Below are positions 62,445 through 64,000 of a stretch of 64,000 nucleotides of DNA, one piece after another. A program made the position numbers and the translations under genes. Source of the stretch: Rhynchobatus australiae (lineage: Eukaryota); NCBI GenBank assembly GCA_034780895.1, contig JAUZTB010000127.1, positions 49,942,697 to 50,006,696 on the forward strand, in the 5' to 3' direction. Below the pieces are notes generated by a model. The model worked only from the letters and a program-made list of their open reading frames with translations. It had not been told where the DNA came from and ran no database searches. The first letter of the stretch is position 1; each line of letters opens with the position of its first letter.

Positions 62445-63290
62445 GACATAGCAGAATTAGGCCATTCAGCCCATCAAGTCAGCTCTGCCATTCGATCATG
62501 GCTGATTTATTTTTCCCTCTCAATCCCATTCTCCTGGCCTTCTCCCCGTTACTCCTGATGCCCTTACTAATCAAGAACCTGTCAACCTCCGCTTTAAATA
62601 TATCCAATGACTTGGCCTCCACAGTCGTCTGTGGCAATGAATTCCAGATTCACCACCCTCTGGTGAAAGAAATTCCTCCTCATTTCTGTTCTAAAGGATG
62701 TCCATCTATTCTGAGGCTGTGCCCTCTGGTCATAAGACTCTCCCACAACTGGAAACAACCTCTCCACGTCCACTCTATCCAGGCCTTTCAATATTCGGTA
62801 GGTTTTTAAACTCCAATGAGTACAGGCCCAGAGCCATCAAATGCTCCTCATATGTTAACCCTTTCATTCTTGGGATCATTCTTGTAAACGTCCTCCTGAC
62901 CTTCTCCAATGCCAGCACATCCTTCCTTAGATATGGGGCCCAAAACCGCTCACAATATTCCAAACGTGGTCTGACAAACACCTTATAAAGCCTCAGTAAT
63001 ATATCCTTGCTTCTATTTCCTAGTCCTCTTGAAATAAACGCTAACATTGCATTTGCCTTCCTTACTACTGACTCAACCTGCAAGTTAGAGAATCCTGCAC
63101 TAGGACTTCCAAGTCCTTTTGCACCTCAGTTTAGGAAATAGTCTACACCTTTATTGCTTTTACCAAAGTGCATGGCCATACACTTCCCTGCACTGTATTC
63201 CATCTGCCACTTCTTTGCCCATTTTCCCAACCTGTCCAAGTTTTTCTTTGTCCATTCTCCCAACCTGTCCAAGACTCCACTTCTTCAACA
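62445..63290 (-). mobile_element. Relatively young CR1 3' portion
   Basis: ORF 62775..63083 (KANAMLAFISRG..LYK.FVRPRLEYC..FWAPYLRKD) and 62594..62791 (FRTEMRRNFF); tail at ~62450; ~33-bp tandem duplication near 63210-63272. Confidence 0.93.
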
Positions 63291-63399
63291 CTNNNNNNNN
63301 NNNNNNNNNNNNNNNNNNNNNNNNNNNNNNNNNNNNNNNNNNNNNNNNNNNNNNNNNNNNNNNNNNNNNNNNNNNNNNNNNNNNNNNNNNNNCTAGTGA

Positions 63400-64000
63400 T
63401 GCATTCAATTTCAAAGACACTGAACTACTTCATACTTCCTCCTTTACTATTTTTATCCCATCCAATATTTCCACATCTCCTCCTCAATTACAACATCAGT
63501 GTTGTCCTCCTCTTTTGCAAAGACAGTTGGAAAGTATTCACAAACAACCCTACCAATATCTTTTGCCTACACACAGAGGTTACCTTTGGTTATCTTTTCA
63601 GTTCCAAACAGCCTTTTCTTTTCTTCAGTTCCCCCCTTGCTATTTTTGTATATACAAAACATCTTTGGATTTTCTTCAGTTTTACTTGCCAATATTTTTT
63701 TCAAATCCTGGCTTTGCTAATTTCCATTTTAATGACCTCCATGCTTTCCATACTCTTCTTGGCTTCATGCTGTACTTAGCTTTAATAATCTGACATAATC
63801 TTCTCTTTTTAGCTCCTATACTCTATGGATTTAATTAACCAGGGGGCACTACATTTGGCAGACCCACCTATTTCTCTATGGAAACACATTTACCCTGAAG
63901 CTCTGGAATTGCCTTCTTGATTGCCTCCCATAACTGACTTAACTGTTCAGCTGCCGATTCCAGTTCACTTTTGCTAAATTCGTTCTTAACCTTGTGAAGT
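63400..64000 (-). mobile_element. Older CR1 ORF2 (EN-RT linker) fragment
   Basis: Reverse complement resembles KENPKMFCIYKNSK..GTEKI and FVNTFQLSL motifs; heavily mutated. Confidence 0.5.

Noticed and set aside
1-64000. CRISPR arrays, operons or other prokaryotic/phage-type systems
   Set aside because: The sequence is vertebrate repeat-rich non-coding DNA, with no regularly spaced repeat-spacer array or gene-dense region.

Overview
AT-rich eukaryotic DNA with about 30 assembly gaps (N runs). The repeat content points to a cartilaginous fish (inferred from repeat content only): CR1/HER1-type LINEs, HE1/V-domain SINEs, Deu-domain SINEs, Penelope-like fragments, Rex1/Babar, RTE, L2 and a Tx1-clade LINE. 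I found no intact, recognisable protein-coding gene, rRNA or tRNA gene. The window reads as a giant intron or gene desert. Most ORFs in the supplied track are chance ORFs, decayed retroelement pieces or N-run artefacts. The best-supported structures are: (1) a 5'-truncated, decayed Tx1-like LINE (~49.6-53.9 kb) carrying a nested LTR from the same family as a solo LTR at 21.2-22.0 kb; (2) a Rex1/Babar LINE with an 80-bp internal CR1 fragment flanked by a perfect 15-bp duplication; (3) a CR1 with an internal inversion and duplicated breakpoints; (4) Penelope-derived elements with hammerhead-ribozyme core motifs. More speculative signals are several minus-strand exon-like segments (some frame-compatible), a CpG-retaining patch with an NF-kB consensus site, and a few hairpins. 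I found no convincing novel biological system. Repeat boundaries are approximate and family calls were made by eye, without database searches.
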